Made by a program: the position numbers and the translations under genes. Source: Trichinella spiralis (Eukaryota). From it: a stretch of DNA of 64,000 nucleotides. The stretch is from NCBI RefSeq assembly GCF_000181795.1, contig NW_003526943.1:8095792-8159791 (forward strand). The letters run 5' to 3'. Below are positions 33,536-46,644 of this stretch, piece after piece; position 1 is the first letter of the stretch, and each line of letters starts with the position of its first letter. Below the pieces are notes generated by a model. It worked only from the letters and a program-made list of their open reading frames with translations. It was not told the origin of the DNA and searched no databases.

Positions 33536-35414
33536 ATATCTGCTTTTATAGTACTTAAAGTTCAACCCATAAGCCAATTTCTAGAAATATTCTTTTGTGT
33601 TTTTGCACATTATTTGATGAAATGCAATTTTCATATTAATTTTTCATAATCAGAGTGGTTTAAAATATAACATTAACAAAATTCCCTGTCTGGACAAGAT
33701 TGCGTAACGTTAGAAAAAAACAGATTAAGAATGGTACTTGAAGTAGACCTTAACAGTACAACTGGCAGATTATTCAATTCGGCATAGCTGAGTTACGAAT
33801 AGCGGCAAAAACAAAGGTAACAGGCACCGAAAGAACCCTGTTTCTGCCAATCAAATTTCACAGTTGTTGAGAAACAGGCGCTCGTTAGATCACCAGTTGA
33901 AGCTGTGCTGTTGAAACAGCCGTAAGTTATAAAATTTTCAAAATTTATGCCATCCCAATGTATGGCAAATAAAACCAAATAACTGCTGCAGTAAATCCCT
34001 ATATAAGGGCACTGACAAAAGAGGCAAAAAACATTCAGAGAAGCCAGCGAAGTGCTATCCGGAAGAACTGCGAAAGAATTGTTTTTTGCCATTTAGTCAG
34101 TTTTACGCAGTCGCAAGCTCAGTAAAATATACTTGCGTGGAAGATAATTCAAAACACACTAACAAACTAACACACCCAAACAGAGCAAAACACACAAACA
34201 AAACCACATTTCACTTCAGACGAAATTCACTTGACTGACGTCACACGCAACGTCAAAAACGGCATACGGTATCAGGTTCAGATTGTCAGGCTAAATAATT
34301 TTTAAAAAAGATAACTATAATAATCAGCAGATCTTACCTATGATAAGCAATGAAATAAAATGGGCAGATCGAAAAACAGTGCCATCTGTGATGCAACTAC
34401 ATTAAGATTATTTCAGCGTAAAGAGTGATGTGCAAATATGATAAATCAAATTGAAAAGAAGTCATTCATGACTTTGCTATGCAGTACGTTAGCTGATATT
34501 TTCAATAATAGAACTAGATCTTCACCATGATTTACAAAACTGCACACTATCAATTTTCTTAAAGTTAATAAAAAAATTTTTAACAAAGCACTTTTTCATA
34601 ATAATAACTGAACAATCATCATACAGTTGAAACATGAATAACATGAAAAATGTTGGGCATGCTATACACCAAAATGTTGATTATTGTAACCAATAATGCA
34701 ATCATGCTTAGGCAAAACAAAAAATTTGGAATATAGCACCGGCACATAGGATTTATTTTGAAGAATTAATTTTTGCTCCACACATTGTGGATTTATATCA
34801 AACATGAAATACATATCCGTGATGTGTAGCATATTGGAAAAGTGCAAAAAATCTACAATTCCCCTTTATCATCAACTCACTTTATTTTTTCAATTCATTT
34901 GTAAAATAGCTCACTTTATAAAAAACAGATGCAAGCAATTAAAAATAAATTTCACTTTTACAACGAACGTAATTTTCTTTCGATCGGCCGAAGCAACCAA
35001 GCATCTGCACCACATAGACAAAGCGACATTCCAAAAAGTATTCCAACACAGCAAACATTGATTATAATTTTACAATAAATAGGAAGGCTTTCATTTTATT
35101 TATTATTATTATAATATAACTGCGTTGTATCCACGTTTAATAAATAATAAATACTAATACGGAACACGGATATCACTTCCCATTTCTTGAAACACAAACA
35201 TTTCAATATCAAACATTTGACGTTTCAGTTCAACACCCACTTTGATAATAATCAGCAATACGTTGGCAGGAAAGCAAACAATTAATTGTAAACACAAAAT
35301 TACAATACCATAATTCATAAAATAAAAAATCTATTTTTGAATTATTGTTTGATAAAAATAGAATAATTGTTTTGCCAAGATTTTATTTCGTGTGTACATT
35401 TCATCAAGATATAA

Positions 35415-35422
35415 TATATAAG
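35415..35422 (+). promoter_or_regulatory. Putative TATA box (TATATAAG) of protease copy 1; equivalents at 43211-43218 and 48425-48432
   Basis: Same motif 66 nt upstream of the ATG in all three copies. Confidence 0.5.
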
Positions 35423-35480
35423 CATTGACTACTTGTGGACGTACCATACTTTCCATTGACTACGGCAGAAGTTTGAAACA

Positions 35481-37720
35481 ATGATCCTTTTCAAGTGCTT
35501 ATTTCTCCTTGCTTATATAACGGTATGGTTTGTTATTTTTTTAAATTAAAATTTAATAACATAGAAAATAAAAAATTTAAGGCAATAAAAGTTCACTAAA
35601 AATAAAAGATTATCATTCTCAAAAGCATAGCATAAGCAAAAATGTGCAAATCAAAGTTAAATAATTGCTGAAATGGAAAATAATAATAAGGAATTGGCAC
35701 TAAATGCTTTTCTTGTTACAGATATCCCACAATATGAACTGCAATAAGTTGACTAGCACAAAAAATTGGATAATTGTCAAAGAAGGCTATATTGAAAAAT
35801 TCCATATTTTCCTCACATTATAAATAATAAAAATTGGGGCGCAGCTCATTATTAAAATGATTCGCATTTCGTTTCATATTTAATTAGTTGTATGTTGCTA
35901 CTTGTCTAACAAAAAAAGTTAAATTGTTCAAAATTAACAATTGTTTTAATTTAATTCTACAATTTTTTGATAAATACTTTAAAATACGGTTGAAAATATT
36001 TTAAACTGTTGGGTCACAATTAAAGATTGATAAAAGCAATGAATTAAAATAATTTTCACTTTTAGCTAGCTTTTGGCAATTATGAATGTGGCACCTTACC
36101 ATCCACTTTTCCGAAAAGCGTTAGAGGAAACAGAATTTCAGGAGGCTCTGTTGCAACACCAAATTCTATACCATATCAAGCAAGATTAGTGTTCAGAAAA
36201 GCGGGTAATAGAATAAAACTTTGCGGAGGTAGTCTTGTTGAACTGAAACCTGGAAATGGTAGTCAATGGGTACTGACCGCCGCACATTGCGCCTACTATG
36301 CAGAGTAAGACAATATAATATTGTTTATATTGTTAAAACTGCAGTTTTGATAACACATTCAACTATATTGATAAATTTTATATTAGATATGGGAGACGTT
36401 TTACCCCAGATGAAGTACAGGTTATTCTTGGTGCTCACAGACCCAATGAAGAAGAAAGAACTCAACTGAAAGTTGATACAAAGCGCATAATTAGTCATCC
36501 GCGTTATGATGATGTAACAGTAGTTTATGACCTCTCTCTAGTGCTGCTTAAAGAATATGTAATTTACAACAATGAAATTCGATCAGCATGCCTGCCTAAA
36601 CCGGATGAGCCAGTTCCATTGGATGTGCCATGCTTTGCAAGCGGATGGGGATTAACATATCGTACGTTAATGAAATCAACATATTCAAAAAGCAATAATT
36701 TAATAAATGCTGTATTAATAGATGGTGGACGTGGTTCGGACGTTTTGAGAATTGCAGAAATGAAACCATTACCAAAAGATGAATGTAGAATTAAACCAGA
36801 AGAGCATGCAATAGTTTTTTGTGCATATGGTGTTGACCGCTCTGCAACATGTCAGGTAAGTAATGCAAATATTATTCATTGACACACATGAGATTAATTC
36901 ATTTTCAATGGTGAATAAAATTTTATAGGGTGATTCTGGTGGACCAGTAGTGTGTTTGAAAAACAATAAAGCAACACTGTACGGAATAGTCAGCTATGGT
37001 CCGCCTACGTGCGGAGATGCAAGGCACTCCGTAAAATTTGCCAAGGTCCCGGCAATGATGCAATGGATACAAGATACTGCCCGAAGCATTGATTCTACTG
37101 TGCCCGTTGTGTCTCGCTTTGAACCGAAACCAAGTGAACAAAAAGCAGATCAGAAAGACACACAACCTAGTCCAAGTAAATTTTATTTTAATTTTGAATT
37201 TATTGAATTTTATATTTTTCACTTATTCGATTTGAAATTTCATGGGCAATTTCTATAAAATTTTTCTTTATTTTTCCTCTTCACAATCTTGCAGCTCTAT
37301 AGCTTTGATTTCACAATAATAAACGTAACTGTGTTTGTGGTTTTCTGAATTTTTGAATACATTTCAGGTGTATCCCCTGGCAGAGTAGATGTTGGAAAGA
37401 AAGATATTATGAAAGATTTGCCGCAAATTCCCACCAGAGAAAACGTGAAAGATACTCCTGGCGATTACAAAGGATCTGATGTTTTCAATTTTATCTACAG
37501 AGATGGTTTTCCTTCTCATTCAAAATTCCCTGATTTAGAGCAAATTATGTCAGATTTCATGTCACCTGGTAGTGGAGGCATGAGCGGTGGAAGCTTTTTC
37601 AATTCTCCACGTGTTTTCATAGAAACAAAAACCATTAACCGTCTACCTTCTGTATCAAGAAGTAGAAGTGATGTTGGTAGATTTGGTTTCAATGATCCAA
37701 CATTCACCTTTTTCCGTTAA
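35481..37720 (+). CDS. Secreted S1A serine protease copy 1 (Trichinella TspSP-1-like), 6 exons (35481-35522, 36066-36304, 36387-36661, 36722-36855, 36929-37175, 37368-37720), 429 aa
   Basis: Signal peptide [18 protein letters not shown], activation site R-ISGG, triad LTAAHC / YDLSL / GDSGGP, and a long Pro/Ser/Gly/Phe-rich C-terminal tail. Confidence 0.93.
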
Positions 37721-38192
37721 TCTACATTTAAAAATTTTGACGTCATTTTATGCATTATCTAAATAAATGAAATTTGCTGATGTTTTTCTGCTTTGCACTT
37801 GGTGATTTTTAGAAATTTGTTTCTTGTTTATGCAACATATAATTGCGTTCAGAAGATGATTGATATAGTTTGTTGTACATCATCATCGTATAATTTCCAT
37901 GAATGCATTTATGTTTCTCAAACATTATTATATATGTTATCGTTTTGCAATCAAATTTTTAAAAATTCATATGGAAAATGAATTTTGTCTGTATGGTGAT
38001 ATTGAGAAGATTAAGACTTGTTGTAGATATTGATGCAAGTTCAAATTAGGCGGTAAAAATTCAATTATTATCTTTCCAAAGATAAGGGCAAAAATTTTCA
38101 GTTTAAAATTATGTTCTATTTATCAATTATTTTGTTTTATTTATTAGTGAACAAGGATGCTATTTGAAAACGTTGCTCTTCAATAGAATCTT

Positions 38193-41100
38193 TGTTGTAT
38201 ATTGGAGGAAGGTGTAATTGCTGTGATGAGTTAACGTACGACGGTACAGCGTTTTCTGCTATTTATTGACCAAAACACAACTGAACACACACGATACGAG
38301 TAAGTTAAAAAGGACAAAGAATGCAACATGACTGCTGGCACACATAAACACCTGACTAAGAGGGATAAGAGTCAACACAGTAGGAACATGAAGATAGTTA
38401 AGCTTGATACTTTTATCTTCTAGCATAAGAGGAAGTCTTTTCAATGAACAATGTGTCCGAACACTTCCCCTGCATTGTTGAATCGCTTTGGGCTCTCACC
38501 ACAAAGATTTCCTAAACCCATCTCTGATATGCACTTTTCTTGCTTCGGCTTGAATAAACCTTTCGTCAGAATGTCCGCCACCATCTGCTCCGTTGGTAAA
38601 TATCGCAATTCCACATCTTTGCGTTCTGCACCCTCTCTAATGAAATTGTAACGGATGTCGATGTGTTTTGTTCTTGCGTGGTATACTGGGTTCCTTGCCA
38701 GTTTGAGTGCACTTTGATTGTCACTGTGCAATATTACTGACTTGCTTAAGCCAGTTATTTCTTCAACAATCCGTTTGAGATGCATTGCTTTCTTACATGC
38801 TTCAGATAATGCCATATACTCTGCCTCTGTGCTGGATAGTGCGTCGGTTTTTTGTTTTCTTGATTCCCAGCTGATCGCGGCATTTCCAAATTTCAAAACG
38901 TAACCGGTGTAGGATCTTCGGTCATCAGAATTTCCGCTCCAGTCGGCGTCTGAGAATCCCATGAGGGCTCCTGATTCTCTCTGGAAACGCAGTCCATAAG
39001 TGAGATATCCGCAGTGAGATATATACGTGTTCCTTGTCTGTTAATAAACTTAGTCCTTTCAATCGTTTCTTTCTGTGTTTCTTTAAATACTCTCTGTAGC
39101 TGCTGTGTTTGTATTTGCAAGTCTTACGGCTGCTATCTGGATTTACGTAATAACACAGATCAGCTAACAAATCTTTAACACGTTTCATGTCGGATACCGT
39201 TCACTCGTAAGAACTTCTGAAAATTTTCGCTGCAGTACTCAGTTGCATTGTCTGATCGCAACGTTTTAATTTTGTTTCCAGTTTAATTCTCAGCATGTGA
39301 TTTGAAGTCCATGAAAGCATCTAAGACTTCATTCTGATTCTTCAGGAAGTATGTTTCACACCATCAGGAGTGATCGTCAATGAATGTGACAAAGTACTTG
39401 GATCCTCTTATGGAATTTTGTCGCATGGGGCCACAAATAAATGTCGTGTGGATTAATTCTAATGGACGACAATGTCTCTTAGTTTGACTCTTTGGAAACG
39501 GGGATTGCGTCTGCTTCCTCTTAATGCATATTTCACATATCGGCAGCTTTTCTTTGCCAACTTTCATGCCAAATACCTTTTCATGCTTTGTCAGTTCTAG
39601 AAGGCTCCTTTCATTTAGATGTCCGAGGCGTCGGTGCCATTCCATTAATGTGGGGACCTTGCTTCCAGCGGTGGCTGCTATAAACGTCGGACTTTCGACA
39701 TAGTATAAACCATCTTCCTTGTACGCAACCATGACTGTTCCAAGGTTCTGGTTTGCAATTATGGCGGAGTTTTCTTGGAATGTCACTTCAAATCCCTTTT
39801 CAGTAATTTTTGCAACCAAAAGTAGATTCGACCTAAGGTCAGGGACGTTAAGAGCGTTGTCCAACTTGACGCTTCTTATTCCGTCGCCGCCTAGGATTTC
39901 CAAGTTAGCCGTTCCACTTTCCATAATTTCAGTCGATTTGTTATTCGCGAGACTCAGGGTTCGTTTCATGTTTTTCATGGAGAGAAACATTTCCTTGTTA
40001 GAGCACATATGAGATGATACTCCTGAATCTAAGCACCATTTCGAATGGAATCGGCCACCTATGCAAAGGGAGATCTCAGACGTTTTGTTTGTGTAGCAGT
40101 CCTGACGGGTCATCTGAGTATTTCTTCGTTGCTGCTGTGGCTGATGAGCAAGGTTTGATCGGCAATGTTTCGCAATGTGCCCCACCTTTCTACAGCGATG
40201 GCACTTATATTTGAACGATTTTTCATTGTCTTTGGGATGAGATTTCTCAATCGCACGTTGGGTATTTTTCAACTGACACTTCCCTCTGGCAAACATAGCA
40301 TCGTCGTGTTTCGGCTCTCTATTCTTACGAGCTTCGTATTCTTCCAGCAATTATATTTTTAGTACTTCCGGCTTCGGCAACTGGTCGCGAGATTCCATCG
40401 CAACTCGAAAGATTTCATATGAGTCTGGAATAGCGTAAAGCATGAGAATCAAAAGTAGATCGTCAGCTATTTCCAAGTCCATGGCCTTCAACTTGTCAAC
40501 GCAACTGAAGAATTCCCTCAGAAAAATATTCATCTTTTGTTCATCATTCATTTTGTTGAGAATGAGGCGTTTAAGGAGAGTTGCTTTTCTGGAAGGACCT
40601 TTGGATTCGTAGGTAGACGATAGTTTTAGCCAGATTTCATTCGATGTCTCACAGTCTTTGATTTCACGAAGCTCAAGTGGACTTATGGACAATACCAAAT
40701 TCGCTTTTGCCTTTTAATCAGATATGTCTCGTTTCTGTGCTGCATCCAACGAGGATTCATCATCCTTCACAATTTTCGGCCTTCGTTTTGTGCCATTCAC
40801 AAATTCCCAGAGATCGTTCTTGACCAATATAGCCTGAGCCTGCAATTTCCACGTGTTGTAGTTTTCCTTACCGAGTAGCTCGATTTTCACGGTGGTGGTC
40901 ATCACGAGTACAATATGAGAGTAACGTTAACGTACAAACGCTGTGTTTTCCACTGGATAGAGACAGCAATCAATTCGTTTTGGCTCAGAGGTAGCGGTCT
41001 GGACCCATAACCTGTTCTATATTCGAAGAAGATTTAATTACTGTGATGAGTAAACGTACAACTGTATAGCGTTTTCTGTTATTTATTGACCAAAACACAA

Positions 41101-41289
41101 CTGAACACACACGATACGAGTAAGTTAAAAAGGACAAAGAATGCAACACCACTACTAACACACATAAACACGTGACTAAGGAGGAGGAGAGTCAACACAG
41201 TAGGAATATAAAGATGGTTAAGCATGATTCTTTATCTTCTATCTTCTAGCATGATAGGAAATCTTTTCAATCAACAATGTATCCCAACA
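38193..41289 (-). mobile_element. Defective Ty1/copia LTR retrotransposon (gag, protease, part of integrase, RNase H; RT deleted)
   Basis: LTRs at 38193-38463 and 41013-41289 with TG...CA ends; flanks ATCTT/ATCCT; PBS GGTTATGGGTCCAG; PPT AGGGGAAG; gag ENYNTWK, zinc knuckle CHRCRKVGHIAKHC, protease WCLDSG, WHRRLGH, integrase FIDD/LRSDN, RNase H GFSDADW...SSTEAEY...HIDIRY. Several in-frame stops. Confidence 0.95.
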
Positions 41290-43276
41290 ATCCTAAATTA
41301 AATTCCCTTACCAACAGCAGATAGAAAAGCTGTGCAAGCAATGAAAAAAGTTATAAATTTTTAAATCACTTTACTCAGAGTTACTTCTACATGCCTAAAT
41401 TTTGTATGTGAAAATCATTTTGAAAATGTATTTAATGGAAATCAATATCAATCAAAATCTTTATGATCAGACGTAAATTTTACTTGCCCTGATTTTTTCT
41501 TTTGTCAATACGCCCGTTTCTGAGAATCCGGGTTCTTCAATTAAAGAGAATATATATGGAGACGAAGAAAATTGAATTCCTAAAGTGTTGCCTTTTAATT
41601 TGTTAATGATTTCTTGAATGCATTTTTTAATTTAATGCCCCTGTTCATCAAATTTCTTTTGTATTTTATATATATAATACTGCTTTATTTTATTTTCCCA
41701 TGCAACTCAACAATGCATGATTGCAGCACTTTGCTTTAGTGACGACATACGTTGAATGTAGGACGGTTTTGAATTATATGAATAAGCGCAATTATTATTT
41801 TTAGCATTATTCGAAATTAAAAAATTGAAATTAATATTATTCAATTAAGGGCTTGAATAGAATGCAAAAATAAGTTTCGAATATGATTATTTTATATGAG
41901 CATCTAAGATTTAAATTGTATGAAATAAATTTATTGTTGAATGAATTAATGAGGTGAATTATACTTCCACTTTTTCACATTTACTAAAGAAAACGATCAT
42001 CTGATGTTCGTGAATGTTGAATATTTAATGAAAACGCTGGCCGAATTAAATAATCATTATAATCAGCCCATCTTACCTCTGACGAGCAATGAAATAAAAT
42101 GGGCATATCGAAAAACAGTGCCATATGTGAATCAAGTACATTAAGAATATTTCAGCGTGATTAGTGATGTGTAAATATGAAAAATCAAATTGAAAAGAAG
42201 TCATTCATGACTTTGCTATGCAGTACGTTAGCTGATATTTTCAATAATAGAACTAGATCTTCACCATGATTTACAAAACTGCACACTATCAATTTTCTTA
42301 AAGTTAATAAAAAATTTTTTAACAAAGCACTTTTTCATAATAATAACTGAGCAATCATCATACAGTTGAAACAAGAATAACATGAAAAATGTTGGGCATG
42401 CTATACACCAAAATGTTGATTATTGTAACCAATAATGCAATCATGCTTAGGCAAAACAAAAAATTTGAAATATAGCACCGGCACATAGGATTTATTTTGA
42501 AGAATTAATTTTTGCTCCACACATTTGTGGATTTATATCAAACATGAAATACATATCCGTGATGTGTAGCATATTGGAAAAGTGCAAAAAATCTACAATT
42601 CCCCTTTATCATCAACTCACTTTATTTTTTCAATTCATTTGTAAAATAGCTCACTTTATAAAAAACAGATGCAAGCAATTAAAAATAAATTTCACTTTTA
42701 CAACGAACGTAATTTTCTTTCGATCGGCGGAAGCAACCAAGCATCTGCACCACATAGACAAAGCGACATTCCAAAAAGTATTCCAACACAGCAAACATTG
42801 ATTATAATTTTACAATAAATAGGAAGGTTTTCATTTTATTTATTATTATTATAATATAACTGCGTTGTATCCACGTTCAATAAATAATAAATACTAATAC
42901 GGAACACGGGTATCACTTCCCATTTCTTGAAACACAAACATTGTTCTACGGCACAAACAATAAGCAATAATCAAACTACGCATATTATAAGATCCATTTC
43001 AATATCAAACATTTGACATTTCAGTTCAACACCCACTTTGATAATAATCATCAATACGTTGGCAAGAAAGCAAACAATAAATTCCAAACACAAAATTACA
43101 ATACCATAAATCATAAAATAAAAAATCTATTTTTGAATTATTGTTTGATAAAAATAGAATATTTGTTTTGACAAGATTTTATTTCGTGTGTACATTTCAT
43201 CAAGATATAATATATAAGCATTCACTACTTGTGGACGTACCATACTTTCCATTGACTACGGCAGAAGTTTGAGACA

Positions 43277-45550
43277 ATGATCCTTTTCAAGTGCTTATTT
43301 CTCCTTGCTTATACAACGGTATGGTTTGCTATTCTTTTAAATTAAAATTAAATAACATAGAAAATAAAAAAATTTAAGGCAATAAAAGTTCTCTAAAAAT
43401 AAAAGATTATCATTCTCAAAAGCACAGAATAAGCAAAAATGTGTCAAACAAAGTTAAATAATTGCTGAAATGGAAAATAATAATAAGGAATAAGAATAAG
43501 GAATGGCCACTAAATTCTTTTCTTGTTACAGATATCCCACAATATGAACAGCAATATATTGACTATCACAAAAAATTGGATAATTGTCAAAGAAGGCTAA
43601 ATTGAAAAATTCCATATTTTCCTCACATTATAAATAATGAAAATTCGGGCGCAGCTCATTATTAAATTGTTTCACATTTCGTTTCATATTTTATTAGTTG
43701 TATGTTGCTACTTGTCAAACAAAAAGGTTAAATCGTTCAAAATTAACAATTGTTTTGATTTAATTCCACTAATTTTGGTAAATATTTTTAATTTATGTCG
43801 CCATCAAATACTCTATGAAATTAAATAAAAATATTTCAAATTGTTGGAACACAATTAAAAGAATGATAAAGAAATAACATAATTTTCATTTTTAGCTAGC
43901 TTTCGCCAATTATGAATGTGGCACCCTACCATCCACTTTTCCAAAAAGCGTTAAAGGAAACAGAATTTCAGGAGGCTCTGTTGCAACACCAAATTCTATA
44001 CCATACCAAGCAAGATTATTCTTGGAAAAAGATGGCAATAAAGTAAAACTATGCGGAGGCACTCTTGTTGAACTGAAACCTGGAAATGGGAGTCAGTGGG
44101 TACTGACCGCAGCACATTGCACCTACTATGCAGAGTAAGATAATATAATATTGCATATATTGTTAAAACTGCAGTTTTGATAACACATTCAACTATATTG
44201 ATAAATTTTATATTAGATATAGGAGAAATTTTGCCCCAGATAAAGTAGAGGTTATTCTTGGTGCCCACAGACCTAATGAAAAAGAAAGCACTCAACATAC
44301 AGTAGGCGCAAAGCGCATAATTAGTCATCCGCGTTATGATGATGCAACAGTAGTTTATGACCTCTCTCTAGTGCTGCTTAAAGAATATGTAATTTACAAC
44401 AATGAAATTCGATCAGCATGCCTGCCTAAACCGGATGAGCCAGTTCCATTGGATGTGCCTTGTTTTGCAAGCGGATGGGGATTAACATATCGTACGTTAA
44501 TGAAATCAACGTATTCAAAAAGCAATAATTTAATAAATGCTGTATTAATAGATGGTGGACGTGGTTCGGAGGTTCTGAAAATTGCAGAAATGAAAATATT
44601 ACCAAAAGATGAATGTAGAATTAAACCAGAAGAGCATGCAATAGTTTTCTGTGCATTTGGTGTTGACCGCTCTGCAACATGTCAGGTAAGTAATGCAAAT
44701 ATTATTCATTGACACACATGAGATTAATTCATTTTCAATGGTGAATAAAATTTTATAGGGTGATTCTGGTGGACCAGTAGTGTGTTTGAAAAACAATAAA
44801 GCAACACTGTACGGAATAGTCAGCTATGGTCCGCCTATGTGCGGAGATGCAAGGCACTCCGTAAAATTTGCCAAGGTCCCGGCAATGATGCAATGGATAC
44901 AAGATACTGCCCGAAGCATTGATTCTACTGTGCCCGTTGTGTCTCGCTTTGAACCGAAACCAAGTGAACAAAAAGTAGATCAGAAAGACACACAACCTAG
45001 TCCAAGTAAATTTTATTTTAATTTTGAATTTATTGAATTTTATATTTTTCATTTATTCGATTTGAAATTTCATGGGTAATTTCTATAAAATTTTTCTTTA
45101 TTTTTCCTCTTCACAATCTTGCAGCTCTATAGCTTTGATTTCACAATAATAAACGTAACTGTGTTTGTGGTTTTTTGAATTTTTGAATACATTTCAGGTG
45201 TATCCCCTGGCAGAGTAGATGTTGGAAAGAAAGATATTATGAAAGATTTGCCGCAAATTCCCACCAGAGAAAACGTGAAAGATACTCCTGGCGATTACAA
45301 AGGATCTGATGTTTTCAATTTTATCTACAGAGATGGTTTTCCTTCTCATTCAAAATTCCCTGATTTAGAGCAAATTATGTCAGATTTCATGTCACCTGGT
45401 AGTGGAGGCATGAGCGGTGGAAGCTTTTTCAATTCTCCACGTGTTTTCATAGAAACAAAAACCATTAACCGTCTACCTTCTGTATCAAGAAGTAGAAGTG
45501 ATGTTGGTAGATTTGGTTTCAATGATCCAACATTCACCTTTTTCCGTTAA
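43277..45550 (+). CDS. Secreted S1A serine protease copy 2
   Basis: Same 6-exon structure, intact triad and splice sites. The last exon encodes the same peptide as copy 1. Confidence 0.93.
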
Positions 45551-46644
45551 TCTACATTTAAAAATTTTGACGTCATTTTATGCATTATCTAAATAAATGA
45601 AATTTGCTGATGTGTTTCTGCTTTGCACTTGGTGATTTTTAGAATTTTGCTTCTTGTTTATGCAACATATAATTGCGTTCAGAAAGTGATTGATATAATT
45701 TGATATTTATCATGATCGTATAATTTCCATGAATATATTTATGTTTCTCAAACATTATTATATATGTTAATGTTTTGCAATCAATCTTTTGAAAATTCGT
45801 TTGGAAAATGAATTTTATTTGTATGGAGTGATTGGTCATTATAAGATAATTATTATAATCAGCAGTAAAATAAAATGTGTAGATCGAAGAACAGTGCCGT
45901 CTGTGTTTCAAGAACATTAAGTTTATTTCAGCGTTGATTTGTATTGTGTAAATTTGATCAATCAAATTGAAAAGAAGTCATTCATGACTTTACCCAGCTG
46001 TGTGTTAGCTGATACTTCCAATAATAAAACGTGATTTCTAAGATTATTCAGAAAGTTACGGTTTATCAGTTTTTTTTGATGTGAATAAAATTTTTTTAAA
46101 CGAAGCACATTTTCGTAATTATAGCTGAGCAATCAAAATACAGTTGAAACATGAATATCATGAAAAGTGTTGTATATCCCATGCACCAAGTGTAATGTAC
46201 TCAATAGAAATAAGTGGTTCCTACAGTTGCTGAACGTTCATACCATATATTGCAAACGACTCAAGATTTTTAGAATAATGACATTTGACAAGTGTGTGAT
46301 ATCAAGCATGATGATTCAATGAAGAACTGTTTGTAAAACGTGCAACTGAATTATGGGAAATCCACTATGAGATTGAAGGTCATTGTAAGGCAAGAATGCC
46401 ATTCGTTAAATATAACATGTGAGATGGCCAAATCATTTGCATGGTGAAAGGTTATTTGAATGGAAATGTTCAGCTGTGCAGAATATCTCGTTATAAATAT
46501 TATAAAAATAAATATGCAGTGCAATATGTTGTTCACATAAATAGCAGGAACTTGTCAACAATGCATAGCACTGCTGTTAGTACACTCTTTAGAAAGTTCT
46601 AATTTGCAATTCAGACTTTATTTTTAGATTATGTGCTTTATTTC

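Noticed and set aside
34804..35061. Identical 85-aa ORFs at 34804 and 42544
   Set aside because: A by-product of the duplicated AT-rich upstream region. It is not preserved in copy 3 and has no motifs.
36662..36721. 60-bp stop-free in-frame intron in all protease copies (possible intron retention)
   Set aside because: It has canonical GT-AG ends, and removing it restores the normal protease fold. Its sharing across copies is explained by recent duplication.
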